Assembly (NCBI RefSeq): GCF_024521635.1
Contig: NW_026250416.1
Span: 558,001-622,000 of the forward strand
Reading direction: 5' to 3'
Origin: Tricharina praecox
Taxonomy: Eukaryota
Length of the DNA: 64,000 nucleotides
In this document: positions 13,233-26,598 of the stretch, piece after piece
Layout: each line of letters begins with the position of its first letter
How positions within the stretch are numbered: the stretch's first letter is position 1
Notes under the pieces: model-generated
Databases searched by the model: none
Told to the model about the DNA's origin: nothing
The model's input: only the letters and a program-made list of their open reading frames with translations
Translations under genes and position numbers: made by a program

Positions 13233-13864
13233 GGTGTCGCACGCTACGCTTGTCGGTAATACCATGTACTCTATATCACCAAATGGGAACCATCATTATG
13301 CATTGGCTCGCGTCGAGAGTGTTTGTAGCTTCTGTACGGTCTAGGCACTTACCTATAGCTTTTCAGAACACGTGCACCCAGGTACGGGACAGTATTCTTG
13401 ATTTCACAAACCTAGGTACATTCAGCCATGTTCGGCCATGGCAGTCTTGAAAAAAAAGTACATACTCCATTTCCTCAGTCTTTCTCGACCCCACCGCCAC
13501 CGGCCCGACGGGATTCCGCGCACAGAGTAATAACCCCACCCACCCACCCACCCTGCAAAAGGCGTGATATATTATGAGCGGCTTTAAGAAATATAGTACG
13601 GTAGCCGCTGGCCGCCGGGATATATGTACCTGTTCGATTCTTCGCCATGGTGGCCATAGAAACAAATTACAAGGGCGTCCGAATTTATTCCCGTTATGTA
13701 CCATCAGTCAGGCTGCCGATATCAATCCCGCGCTCGATGCGGAAAACTTCCGTTAAAATTCTTTAAGCACAGTTTGGACATTTGTATTGATCACGTATGA
13801 TAGGAAATCGACGAGGCGAGTCTCGCTCCCGACTATGGATCCAGCCAACTTATAAGCATACAAT

Positions 13865-14090
13865 CGCTCCGCGAGCGGTAGGGCTGTCGGCTGCCAGCTT
13901 GGCCCATCCGTCGGCCGTTTCTTTTCAGGAGATGCCTTTGTGCGCCGGGCACCATCTGATCTCCATGGTGATCTCGGGTTCCCTCCAGTGGAGGGGCGCC
14001 CATGTGCTTCCGTGCTTGGGTGGCGTACTAATATTCTGGCCTGGGCAACTCGTGTCGTTGGTCATCCTCCTGATGGAGACCTGTATGGAC
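13865..14090 (-). pseudogene. Degenerate RNase H fragment of a non-LTR (LINE/Tad1-like) retrotransposon
   Basis: Reads IQVSIRRMTNDTSCPGQ...EITMEIRWCPAHKGIS*KETADGWAKLAA, matching the RNase H W(V/C)PaHxGixGNExAD motif with a stop at the GNE position. Confidence 0.75.
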
Positions 14091-14586
14091 CCTATGACCT
14101 TTCCGAGACGAAATGGAGCTAGGAGAATTGGATGAAGAACTTGCTCCACGAGTGATGAGATATGATTGTGGGGGGAGAGCGGAGGGGTGGATGGTTTCTG
14201 GAGCCTCTTGATGGAACTGAAGAGTTACGATAAATCACATGATTCCAAATTGAAGCGTTTTCTCAGCGTTGCAATTCCCATTCACTCTCAGCTGAGCATG
14301 CGGCTCATTCCGCCAGCTGGTTTTCCGTCAGCTGATTTTCCTCCAGCTTCACCACCCCAACTTCCTTCCGTCATCTCTCCCACTCAACAAATATTCTCTT
14401 CCCCTTCGCTCCTATACATCTCCTCAAAAATTTCCTCTGTCCCTACTCCGTCGTCCTACTTTCCTTCAATATTCTTTCTAGTTGCAGACTTTGCAATAGG
14501 TTAGTTATCTCTCCACACACATGGTTTCCCTCTGGATACGATGTAATAACTCCCGACAGCTTCTTCCTGCATCAACCAAGCCAGCG

Positions 14587-15123
14587 ATGGAAGCTACCTC
14601 ACCCCGCAGCCGAGAACCTAACGATTCCCCTCCAGGCTCTCTCCCGGGTTCACGTCAAGGCCCGACCCCGGATCTGCCTCAAAGCCATCCCCCGGATTTG
14701 CCTCAAGGCCCGACCCCGGATCTGCCTCAAGGCCTCGCTGCACTGGACACGAGCACCAGCAACCCCATCGTCCTCAACGACGATGAGAGGGAGGCGGAAG
14801 AGGAGACCAATCCTCCTCACACGCCTACAGATCTTCTTCATCGCCGCACAAGCGGCCGGCCATCTTCGCCGCTCGAGCTCCCATCCTCGCCGTCGCCGTT
14901 GCGCGACCCCCTGCTCTGCTCGGGATCCTCCGAGCCCGATGCAGCCGATTTCCGCCGGGTTCGGCAAAGAGCCGCCGAAGAGCTTCTCCAAGTTGGCAGC
15001 GGGCGAGGGGGTGTACGCCGGCCGATACACCAGGAGCTCGGAGGAGACGCAGCGGGTACCGATGGTCGCGCAGCCCCTGTCCCTACCTTGGATCCCACGA
15101 CCGCCGTGGTGGCGTGGGACTAG
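14587..15123 (+). CDS. Hypothetical Pro/Ser-rich ORF, possibly degenerate; contains a 24-bp tandem repeat
   Basis: Open frame preceded by a plausible 5'-UTR intron (GTTAGT at 14500 to CAG at 14559) and followed by a T-rich 3' region. No recognisable domain. Acidic coding-like text continues in other frames after the stop. Confidence 0.3.
   Translation: MEATSPRSREPNDSPPGSLPGSRQGPTPDLPQSHPPDLPQGPTPDLPQGLAALDTSTSNPIVLNDDEREAEEETNPPHTPTDLLHRRTSGRPSSPLELPSSPSPLRDPLLCSGSSEPDAADFRRVRQRAAEELLQVGSGRGGVRRPIHQELGGDAAGTDGRAAPVPTLDPTTAVVAWD
14656..14735. repeat. About 3 copies of a 24-bp tandem repeat (encodes QGPTPDLP)
   Basis: caaggcccgaccccggatctgcct / caaagccatcccccggatttgcct / caaggcccgaccccggatctgcct. 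Confidence 0.9.
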
Positions 15124-18100
15124 ACGAGATCCAGGACGAGAAAAATGACGAGAACTAGACCGAGAACAATGACTGGGTGGGGAGGACGATGAGAGTGACG
15201 ACAGCGACCGGTCGTGGGGTCGGTTGGGGTCAGTTGAGGTTGGTTGGACTACGGTCCCTTTTCCCTTTTTTCCCTTCGTTTTTCTTTTTATTTTTCTTTT
15301 CTGTACTTGTATGCAACGCCTACTTCTTGTTCGACGATTGCGTTGTTACTCAGCAAGCTGTGTAAGCGGTTTCATCTCGTTTGGATGGAGTTTTGTTCCA
15401 TGTTGAACTTGTGGGGTTTGCTATGCGATTCGCTCATAGTGGGTCACGTCGGTTGTTTGGGTACGCGGTTGGGGATGGTTTCTTTTGGGGGCGTTTGGTA
15501 AAAGCCATGGCTATACATACTACTAGTAGTAGTAGGTAGTAGTAGTAGTGCCGCCGTGTTTACAGTAGCACCAACCATCTCGGAGACCACGCCGACGGCC
15601 GTCCAAGAAGGCAGAGCCGTCTCGAGGAGGAGGAGGAATCTTCATAACTCAGAAGGGGCCGAACAACAGCCTTCGTGATTCAGGAGGACGACCTACCCGT
15701 CCCCAAGCGTCCCCTGGCATTTGTCGATCGACCCAAATGGTAAAGCCCCACGGCGATCAAAAAAAGGAGACTCGGGTCACGGGATACGAGGTCGGTATGT
15801 ATCTATTTTGCGGCTAGGAGTTAGATACCACATCACTTTTTGGCGGAACACAGAATGGGGAATAGTTAGTGGCTTGATGCTTGGGGCTGTTGGCGACATA
15901 TGTAGGCAAGTAGAGTATGTAGGATATAACCGCGAAACCTGACTACGATGGTTCACAGAGCTCTCCCTTTGTCTAGTGAACACACACAACTATAGGCTAT
16001 GCATATTGCACTCTGCGCGGCGAGAAAGCGAGAAAGCGAGGGGCGGGACTGGTCGCGGACAAGTTCTTGGGGGGATCATGGTCGCCCAGATGGTAATGTT
16101 TCTGGATGCCAAGATGGCAATGTTTCTGGACGCGACTCGGCAATAGGTGTGCGGTTGATTGGCTGGTGCCGAGTTACGGCGGACGATTGGACAGTTGTCG
16201 GTGGAACGGCACAAGAGCTTGGGCCTTGTGGGTGCTTGCGGTCGAGTGCACCACCACCACTGCGGACAAATGTTTTACCGAAAAGAGAACACACTGGCCG
16301 CCCGCCACTGACGGAGTTTGCCTTTGCTGGTGGTGGCAATTCTCAGTAGATATCTATGGTAAATCCACATCGATCCCGAAGATGATGGCCAGATTCTTTT
16401 TAAGACTGCAAAGCCGATGAAGACCGTTCGAACTGTGAGACCTTGCGAGCGAACATGATCGAAACCGATAGCTAGCGGTGTCTCTGTTGCAATCTTGACT
16501 CACTATCCTGGAGCATGGCAACTTCCGTGCATCAAATACTTCGGTGGCTGCATAAAGGGCGAGTACATATATTGTGCTGAGACACAAGTACCTAAAGCTA
16601 CGTATCGATGGAGTATCGCCAACTCCTCTGCTCCAAAATCATGAACTGAACCTTTCCTCTCGCTTGGAAACAAAGGCCGCCAGTCGTCACGGACGGCCGT
16701 ACCGCCGATGAGCCCTGTGTTCTCGGAACGTTCTGCGATCTGTCCAGCGTGAAGTTCTTCCGCTTGTTTTGTCTCCGTCGGGCCATGGGATATATGGGTA
16801 TTCTAACTTCACTACTAACCATATAGATACGCTTGCGGGTACCTAACTAACTATGTCCTTGGCGGGGCTCGTCCAGACTCCAAAGTGACCACTCCGCGGT
16901 GGGGCTTTAGAGTTAAGGCTATCCTAGCCTTAAGCCAAGACCTGCTATGGTCATTGGTAGTGGTAGAGTGGTGTCTCTAGCGGCAAAATCCCGCAGCTCC
17001 TGATGGGAATCCAGAGGCGTTCTTCGTGTCGGCTGAACATCAGCCCCCTGACAAGTGTTGCAACCGAAGAGGCCATTGCAATTGGCCATGCGTTGGTTAC
17101 CGACCAGTACAGACGGCTTCACGATCGAGCCCGAGATTCTTCTTCGCGAGGACGTCACCTGCGGAGGTTCCCAACATTTAGTTACCCCTGAGGTGCGACA
17201 CCACCGGTTGCTGCATAAACCGAGAGACAACACCCGTCGTGTTGTGCATATCTCTTCATGCTGAAGCGGGAGTGAAGCGGCGAATGGCGGACAGCTAACC
17301 GATGAAACGAAGGGGTGTCAGTTATATTATCTCGACCTAAGGGCGATGTCAAGTAGGGATTATGGCCTTCCGTATCATACTAGTTAGCGGAGTGCTCTCT
17401 CTCCCTCTTTCTCTCTCGAACGAGAGCACAGGACTCGCGTCCTCAACCATCTCCATGGACTCAGCCAGCTGGCGCGATCGCCGAACTCTTCACGCTTCAA
17501 GCTTCGTGCAAGCAGCCCCAGGGTTAGAGAGTCGAGACCGCATCTTGTTGCTTGAACGAAAGGGAATGTCCGCCAGCGCGCCCATTTTGCGGGGTATGTA
17601 GAGTCCCGTAGGATGGTGAGGCGTGCGGAACCCCGCAGACCCAGGTAGCCACCGCGGACCGCGCCAGATAGGCACAGGGATGCGGGTGCGGTGTGAGGGG
17701 AGGACTCTGGAGCAACTGACTAGTGCAGGCCGGCCAGGCACAATCCGCAATTCTATCTAACCGCTGGGCAGAGAAACGTGAGGCTGATTCGCCGTATGGG
17801 CTCTCAACAAACGTGCCCGTCCCACGAACACATCCCCCTCGATGAACGCAATGCCCGCGTCTCTCTGGGTTCATAATGCCCAAGCGCAGAGTCCAGCAGG
17901 TATAACGAGCCGTGGCTGGAGTACAGTACACATCTCCCCAAGCGAAATGATATCGAGTAATCGCCAGCGATATCGAGCCGATGCCGTCGCGGTATCCAGG
18001 TTCGTTTCGAACTGGTGTGGCCCCACCATTACGACATTCATCGGAGGCGAGTTCACCTACTGGGCGACGGGCTTAGATTGTTTTCCGGGGCGGGGGGGTT

Positions 18101-18751
18101 CCTGACGACTTTCATGGTGAGGGGCTGACGGGGTGATAGTTGAATCCCAGAAGAGCGGTTCTTGCCAGCCAGTGGTAGCGGAGAGGCCGGGTTCATCGCC
18201 AGTTGAGCGACTCTCCTGACCCCACGTCTTGACGATTCCATTCTTGGCTCTAGGGGGTCTCCGCAGCATGATTGGTTTGACGGGCTCACTGCCTCATGCT
18301 GGAGGCCGACGAACCAGTGGTGCCCAACCCAACGCCTACTGCTCGACCGGCATTCGTCGACGTTAGTTGCACCACGTCGCCAATAACCGGGAACGCCAGT
18401 CCAACGCCAACCAACGGCTGTGGCCGCTTACCATCCCTCCATGATCCATCAGATGAGCGGCCAGTTTCATTTATTAAAGAAGATGCTTTCGCCCGTCCTT
18501 GTGCGAGGCTTTCGCCTCCACTCCCAGCTGGTAGTGCTTGGGCCCAGAACTCCGATTGAACCCCTTAGACGCACAATAAGTCCTGTGTACAAATACAACC
18601 CGCTGTGTTCCTCCAGCCCGCCCGCCCCACCGTGCACGACACATCCACCGGTCCGAAGCGAATCTGCAGAAGAACAAAACTTGTCCCGGCCCTTCTCCCC
18701 CACGACATCACCGGAGAGCGGTAGCTAGATGCGAGTGCGACCGACGCAGTC

Positions 18752-20225
18752 ATGCTAGATTACGAGGATCGGATAATTTTCGACTTGGTGGTGTTTGTTC
18801 CCGGCTTCCTCCTGATAGCCTTGCGACTCTGGGTGCGGAATCGAAATCGACTGCCGAATCCTGAGTTGACGTGGCTGCTGAGCGATGTGTTTGTTTCTTT
18901 AGCACTGGTGATCGGCGCTTCGGTCATCTCTCTCGATATATGGTACATGCGGAGGAGGATACGGCTGAGGAACTTCCCGCAAGCGGAGGATCCTGCCGGT
19001 TTTCTGATGGAGTCCATAACGATTACGGTGGAGTTTCTTAAAGTGTACGTCGCCACCTACTTGCCCGGCTTTACTTTTGATCGTCGTGCTGACGCTGGAT
19101 GCCTGCAGGTCTCTTTTCAACCAATATGCCTACATCACAGCCTTGTGTAAGTTGAGGCCATCGTCGTGAAGTTGATCCGAAACCTCGCGCGCACGCGCTA
19201 ACGGTTCTCAAGGGGCGGTCAAGGCATCATTCCTTTGCAGCTATTACACCATGTCTCAGCATCTCTCCTTACGGCTGAGGAGGGCCCTGAATCTGACGTG
19301 GGTGGCACTGCTCTTGACATGGCTGGGTCTTCTCTTTGGCTTCACCTTCTGGTGTCGACCCATTCAGCGCAACTGGTAAGTGCAGTGCTCTCCGGACTGG
19401 AGTACGACGTGTTGACTGACGTCCGACAGGAGTATGAACGATAGCTTCTTCTGTTCGCCGCAAGCAAAGCCTGAGCAGGCCATCTTGGTCTACAGCCTCC
19501 ACATTGGAACCGATATTCCAGGCATGTACATGGCCAAAACTCGCTCACCGCGCTCTTCGACTCCGATGCTAACCATCACATCACAGTCATGGCGATCCCC
19601 TTCTTCATAATCCACACGCTCAAGCTCGGCCGCGGCGAGAAGTATGCGGTGGCATTCATGTTCCTCCTTGGGTTCATGACCGCCGTCTCCTCCACGTTCT
19701 CCTTCGTCCTGCACATGCAGTTCATCCAGCTGGACCACAATCCGAACTCGCCGCGCGCCGCGCTCGAAGAGAAGCTCGAGGGGATCTACCTCAGCGCGGT
19801 GGCCGAAGTGTGGGGCGCCGTGTTCGTCGTCTGCCTGCCCAGCACACGCATCGCCATCCGCTGGCTGTGCCAATCCAAGAGCGACAAGAACCTGCCGCGC
19901 GACGACGGCACGATCGAGCTGGGCGGGAGTATACACCACCACGGGTTCGTTGCACACCCCCCTCCTGCTAGTGCACGACTGACGGGGAGACAGTGATTTC
20001 TACACCTCCAAAGAACCCGTCGGCGAGCTCCCACCATACGTCAACCGCAAACTCGACTTTGGCCGTAGCCGCAGCCGCAGTAGGAGCCCGAACGGTTATG
20101 GACACCCCGACGAGGGAAGCGATAGAAGCCTAAGACCCGCATACGTCGCCGTGCCGTTTACGCCCACGGTCTATGATGGCAGCTTCGACTTTGACGATGC
20201 GAAGGGACCGCCGCATGCTATGTGA
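18752..20225 (+). CDS. PTH11-like / fungal rhodopsin-domain integral membrane protein (no CFEM); multi-exon
   Basis: Hydrophobic helices with LIALRLWVR..SDVF, KASFLCSYY, LFWCRPIQRNW and IPFFIIHTLKLGRGEKYAVAFMFLLG, plus EVWGAVFVVCLPS. Separated by short GT-AG introns; the last exon ends GPPHAM*. Confidence 0.82.
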
Positions 20226-22927
20226 CCGACGTGATTGTGAAGAGGGGTTTCGTTTCATTTCGTTTCTTGTATTTCGTGTTTTGTTTTGTCTTTTTCGGCG
20301 TATGAGGGGGGTTACGGGTTACGGGGGTTACGGGGGGTTACCGGTTTGGGGGCTTGGGGGTTTCATCTATTGGGGAATTTTTTGGGGGTTTTTATTTTTG
20401 TTCTGGGACACCTATGGGATTCTGGTGGAGATTTTTTCCCGGCAGTCTTTTCAATTCGAGTTTGCAATGTACATACAAAGTAACCTGCCTAGGCTAACGA
20501 AGGCGCAGGCCAGGAACACTATTTAATCAATGAATGAATATACATATAAATGATACCTCCTTCAGGCTTCATACCACTTCCAAATGCCGATTACCATACC
20601 CAAGTACATACATGGCCTTCCGTTCTCCTGCATGGCGGCCGTGCATTACCTACCCGCAGGTGGTCCTTCACCTATAGTAGTAGACATTACAAGTAACAAG
20701 GACGAAAACTCTACCTGCCTGGAAACCCCGAATCCAATCTGTCACAATTTCACAAAGGCAGCAGAAAAATCAACACCCCAGGACCCGGGACCGGGATCAG
20801 TTCGCACGTGAATCGGTGTTGTGCGCGGGGTGGAGTGGACACGACTCTGGCGACTCACGCGAGACGGGGGTTGGTGGGGGTTGGTGGGAGCCGGTTTGCG
20901 GATGGTAGGTATGTGTGGGTACGGTATATGTAAGAGGTAGGCATGTATATGTACGGCATATGTAGGCGTATATAGGTGGGTAGGGCGCCCGGGTTGATGG
21001 CCACAGTGACGGCCACAGTGATGGCCACGGTGGAGGTGACGGTGAAGGTGACGGCCGAGGATCCTGGTGAATCCTGGAGGTTTGACGTGCATATGCCGCC
21101 GCCGCCCCCCCTCGCTTTTCGCCTATATTAGGTCAATGCTTGCCGAGGGAGAAGATATATTCCGATATCGAGCTAAGCGCTCGCAGAGTCGGGAGATGAA
21201 AGCATTTACACATTCCTTATTCTCTGTGATATTTGATGAGGACTCAGGATGGTGGGCGAGACGAAGATTATGATCACGTGGTAAATTCGCAGTTCGAACT
21301 TCGGTGTGGGTTGAGTGGACGAGTGAGTGATCTCATGTGCAGGACTCTACATAGAACAGGTAAGGTGGAAATGCAACCCGACAAAACCAGAACCCTCCAC
21401 TAACCTCCGCGGGTTGTTGAAACTTGAAACTTGGAGTGCCCGGGAATTGAATGGCGCGGGAGCAATCAACTCCCCTGACCGGATGCATGACCTTGATTAA
21501 GCAGGAGGTATGTGCCAGGTCGCAAGGGAGTTTTTCCGTGCTGGAGCGTGGAAGTGTGCTGAGTAGAGGGTACTTAGTTGTAACGCTCTGCGTTACCAAG
21601 CAGCAGCAGCTGCAGTAAAGGAAATAGTGCTCTCGCCGAACGGCTCTCTTAAGAGTGGAGCAGACATGCACCGGATGACGTGATGAACGTGAAACCCTCT
21701 CTTGCTCTCTCTCTCTCTAAACACTGGTGATTGAGGTAAACGCAAAGACTAGAATTAACGACACCTAGAAAAGAACAACGAGAACTGACTTAAAAGAGAA
21801 TCCTGCGATGCCGGAGCAACAGGACGGTTGGCTGTACCGTATGTCCTTCCGTTCAGTAGCCGCCCCACTCCTCACAGAGTCACAGCCCCGACATTGCCGA
21901 GAGCCGCCCTAGTACCCGTCTTCCCACTGAGCTGGATGTTTGCTTTGCTTTTTGTTTTTGTTTAATCATCAATCGCATAGGTACGACTTATCGAGAGTCA
22001 AAATCTAAGATCGTGGAAATACACACACACTCCCCTCCTCCGGCCGTCCCGTCTTCGGCCCGGACCTACCCCTGATCCTTTGTCGTACCAAAGAAACAGA
22101 AATCACAGACCATATACTGCCGCCCTCTCGCCTTCCCACTAGAGCACGTATACGGTACATACTGAGTTTTATACTCAGATACATCTGTCCTGCTCACATC
22201 CAAGATTGGCGCGAGTCGCGACCTCGTGGCATCGTTGCTCCCTTGGGCCTTGCTAGTGAATAGCCACAGAGAGAGAGGGGAGGATCGAGGGGGAGAGAAT
22301 AGCACTTCATTGTCTCATAAAACCTTACTATACTATATCCAATCGACCACAGCGACCCGCCTTCTGAATGGCCAGCAAAAGCGCTGGCGGAAACACGCTA
22401 ACTATTCGTTTCAAGCGAGTGATATACTATGAACGGCTGCAAGCTACCGGCCCCCACCGAAAAAGAACAGCGATCTCAGTTAGGTCAGGTGACTTGGTGT
22501 GAATCGTGATTGCAGGGTGTGCTTGAGGGCTGGGGAGGGGCATTGAGGGAATCCGTTAACCGTTAAACGGGACCGCTGTGGTTCTTCAGACTTCACGTCT
22601 GCGATCATGTAGTTATGCGGATCGGTTCATAGGCCTCGACGGGGTGTCACATTCCACGATCACGATCACGTTTGACTCTTGAGCCGTAACGAAAGATGCT
22701 GCATCAATTCCACTACTATGGCTACTAGTACCATGGCCACTGCTGCCGAGTGTACATGCCACTTCCACAAAATAAAATCCACACGGCTGATCGTAAACAA
22801 AGCATTAAGTAACAATCGTCATCATTATCCTCCACCTCCCTAGGTCCGTCTCCACCTTCATCTCCACCTCCCCAGACCCAATGTCTCACCGCCGTCCGAC
22901 CCCCCGAATCCCGTACACCACCGAGAT

Positions 22928-23631
22928 TTACGCACAGCACTTATAATCTACCCCACCCCGTCAGCCGTCAGCACGTCTCTCACTGTCTCCCACATCCCTC
23001 ACATGCGGAGAAGGCGAAAACTTACGATTCGGCCCCGGGCACTTCCCGGTCTTCCACTTGCGGCCGCCTCCACAGGTGTACTTATTGCTGTTCCAGCAGT
23101 AGTCATTGTTATACTACCGGTATCCCCGTGTCAGCTGCCGTGCAAACGTGAAAGCTATGCGTTTGAGGGGGACGTACAGGCGAAGCGCACTCGCTATAAA
23201 CGCAGCAGACATTATTGGTGCCGCCGCTGCAGTGGCCGGTTTTCTACGTACCAGTTTTCGTTAGCAACTTAGCATCACAGCGCGGGGCACCACGGCGGGG
23301 GAAGCGGGAAGGAGAAGGGGAAAAGGGAAGGGAAGGGCGAAGGGCAACGCACGACGAATCCGCCGCTCCCGCAGGCACTCGGCGTTCCGCACACCGCGTA
23401 GTAGTCCCAGTCGTTCGAGGAGTAGGGGTAGCAGCGTTGGCCGGGGCCCGGGAGGGCGCGCGCGGCGAGCTCGCTGTCGAACTCGGCGGCGGGCTCGGCG
23501 ATGGCCTCCGGCTCGGCGAGGGGGTTGGCGACGGCCTCAGCGGCAGGATCGGCGGCCGGGTTGGCCATGATCGGGTTGAGGAGGGTGAAGAGGAGGAGGA
23601 GCGGGGCGAGGAGGGGGATGAGGAGGAGCAT
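22928..23631 (-). CDS. Small secreted prepropeptide with two tandem 6-Cys defensin-like modules; 4 exons
   Basis: Introns 23244-23352, about 23116-23177 and about 22948-23025 give: signal MLLLIPLLAPLLLLFTLLNPIMA, an acidic propeptide ending LAAR, then ALPGPGQRCYPYSSNDWDYYAVCGTPSACGSGGFVKTGHCSGGTNNVCCVYSECASPYNNDYCWNSNKYTCGGGRKWKTGKCPGPNHYKCCA*. Confidence 0.85.
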
Positions 23632-26598
23632 TGTTGCTGTGGTGGTACTAAGTGGTGGGAGTAGTGTTAGTGGGAGTAGTGGTAGGTGTTGTTTGGCTGT
23701 GTCGTGATAGGTATTAGAGTAGGATCGATGGTCGATGGGGAGTGAAGGCAGACTAGGAGGGAGATGGAAGGGGGTTTTATACTGCAGTGGCCATGGGCTG
23801 GCCATGGACTGACCACGAGGAGGAGGGGCAGGAGGAAGTGGCCCTTCCCGCTCGCCAAACAATTCGTACCCAAAGCGAGGAACTGCATAGAGCTGGCCAC
23901 GTCCCACCGTCCCCCTCGACAACTCCACGATCGTGGCACCCATGGGCCATCACCTTCGCTGGCGGAGATATACATAGCATTCCTGGCTCAGTGCTCAATC
24001 TGCAATTCATCGTGACCTGTTACGGCCAGCGATTGGCCCCCTCCACCCATCCCCTCTCGATTCCCGTTTGCCGTTCTCGTATAGCTGTATAGCTCGCTAC
24101 TCAGACGAGTGAGAAACCAGGCCGGGCAGGTCCTCTCGAGTCTCGAGCGTGCACGAGCTGAAGGTTAAATTTAAGTTCTGCCCTAAACGAATGGACCTGG
24201 AGTGCTGGACTATTTGCAGCCCAAAGAGCGGGGTACGGTGGGTCGGTGACGGCCTACGGGTCGTGCCGTGCATAGAGATGTGCTGAATACGAGGTCGCAC
24301 AAGTGTGGCGGTTTTGCGGAGGTCTGTTTGGTTGATAGGGATGTGGTTGTGGTTGTGGTTGTGCGGCGCTCCCAGAGTCTCAGTCAGCTGTGGCGCGAAC
24401 GAAGCTGGAGAGTGATGACCGCGTTGGCTGCGTGGAGTGGAGAGTAGTTAGATCTCGTATAAGTCGCAGCTGGATCCCGATGAACATCCCTTCGATTGCC
24501 ACCAGCCATTCCGCGAAAGTAGGTTTCGACATCGTGTCCTCGTTGTTCGTTGTGATGACTTCCATTGTTCCAGGCTACCGTATGCATGGCAGAAGCAACG
24601 TCCCTGAGGGAGTGAGCGAGCGAAATGTCTTGATGTAGGTACTGGCCGGAGTGAATTCTTATATCGGTAGGTACGACGGAGGAATGGCGGGCTTCCTTTC
24701 GCTATGGGCAGAGGCTAGAAAAACTCTGCTACGTCTGTCTATACCTGTCGATCTCATTGCGGAGAGATTTCCTAGTCGCTCCGATACAGTAGCATTGCGG
24801 AGGGTCTCTGTACGGTACTGCGAGAACAACTTTCTACGGGGAGCCAAAGCCCTAAATCCCCATATCCACCGCTGGAGCCGTGGTCTTGTTCGACTCTAGC
24901 GAATGCTCATTACCCATTACGGTACCCATCTGCCGTGCAGCAGCATCCCCCATCGCACCAAACAGTGAACACCCACCGACCGCCGACCGGGCCACCGGGC
25001 CAACCAGACGAGGCCCGCAGAAGCCCGCTCGCAGCTGTCCATGCGCATCATACCCCATACCCATATCCCACTTGCCGGAATTCTCCCGAGCCCCGAGCCC
25101 AGACCCCCAGATTGCCCATCCCATCCATCCATCCCCCCATCCAGCCAGCCAGCCACTCCCGTCGCAGAATCGCAGCATGCACAATGCCCCCCCCCCCCCC
25201 CCCCCCCCCTCCCCCCCTCCCATCCATACATATGACGTCAGATCAGATCCCCGGTCAGCAAATCTCAAGTTTCAAGATTAAAGATTAAAGATTAAAGATC
25301 GAGAATCGGATTCGGATGTCTATTCCGGATTGAGACAGGAAGGCTGCCCCTACCGCGTAAGGCTGCAGCGGCCTTGGTCAGCCTCGGCCGAGATCTGGGC
25401 CTTGGTCATAGGCTTGGGCTTGGAAGTTGGTCGTGGAGGTTGGTCTTGGAAGTTGGTCTTGGAAGTTGATTTTTGGAAGTTGATTTTTGGAAGTTGGTTT
25501 TGGTAGCTGGTCGATGGTTTAGCCTTGGTGTTAGTCGGTGGATCAGCCTTGGTCAGTGGCCCAGCCTTGATCGGTAGATCAGCCTTACATAGATTAGGTC
25601 GTAGGTACCGGCTCAGACATCCGTTCAGCGTTTCAGATTTCCGGGCCGTCACTGGTGATCGCGACTCACGGGACAGCTGCGCTACGAATCTACAGTAGCT
25701 ATCTTGCGGCGAGCAGGCGATGGATCCACATTCACCGGTACATAGCGTAAATAGGTAACAGAAGAATTTCAAATGCAATTCAGTAGTCGAGCTGCATAGG
25801 TACATTGTAACTTCATCTTCAGCCTCATCTTCAATCGATTTCCCCGATCCCGTCCAGGCCGTCCCCAAACACCGCCCAACCACCGGTACCATCCTCATGC
25901 ACCATCGCCAGATACAATCAAAAGATTCAAAACACACCCTGTATTAATAGGAACTACTACTGCCCGTGCCCATTCAAGTAACCCAACCAACCCGCTCCCA
26001 AGCAGAAAAAGAAGCCGAAAAAGAAAAAAAAGAAGAAACAACAGACACACTCATCCGCGAGTCAAAGTCCGAGTTCCAACGAAGCGCGCAACGCGAATCT
26101 GCGGTGTCAATACAAAGTAATAGTCGTACACCGCCGGTAACCAGAATAACAACCAGAGTAACAACCAGAAGAAGAACAACCAGAATACTGACAACCAGAA
26201 TAACAACCAGAATAATAAGTAGAGTACATACTTTCCCACGCATGAAGAAGAACCCGAGCCGGCGAGCGTTGCATAAAAAGCCAAGAGTAGTAGGTACAAA
26301 TTAACGGGGAAAAAAGAGAAGTCGAAAGAAGAAGAAAAAAAAGGAAGCACCCGGGGATATAAAAATACTGTACTGTACACTCACTCATATAAGCCGACTT
26401 TGCACCGAAAGTGAGAAAGAAGGAAGAGCCGAAGAAAGAAAGAAAGCAAGAAAGACGAACCCGCAGGGTGCGCACGCAACCCAAGCAAAAAAGACAAGCC
26501 AAAACAAGAACAACAAGAACAAGCCAGACACCAATTTTGATAAGAAAGATAAGCCCATCGCACATGTTCGCCCCTTAGTTCAGTCCAGTTGTTGTCCG

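Noticed and set aside
16900-18300. Short overlapping ORFs upstream of the PTH11-like gene
   Set aside because: No consistent splice model or recognisable motif could be built.
25187-25209. C23 homopolymer giving poly-Pro and poly-Gly ORFs
   Set aside because: Intergenic homopolymer; the ORFs are artefacts.
25350-26565. ORFs with repetitive peptides and 12-13 bp degenerate repeats (ggaagttggtctt, aacaaccagaat)
   Set aside because: Simple tandem repeats without unique spacers. They are not a CRISPR array and give no coding signal.
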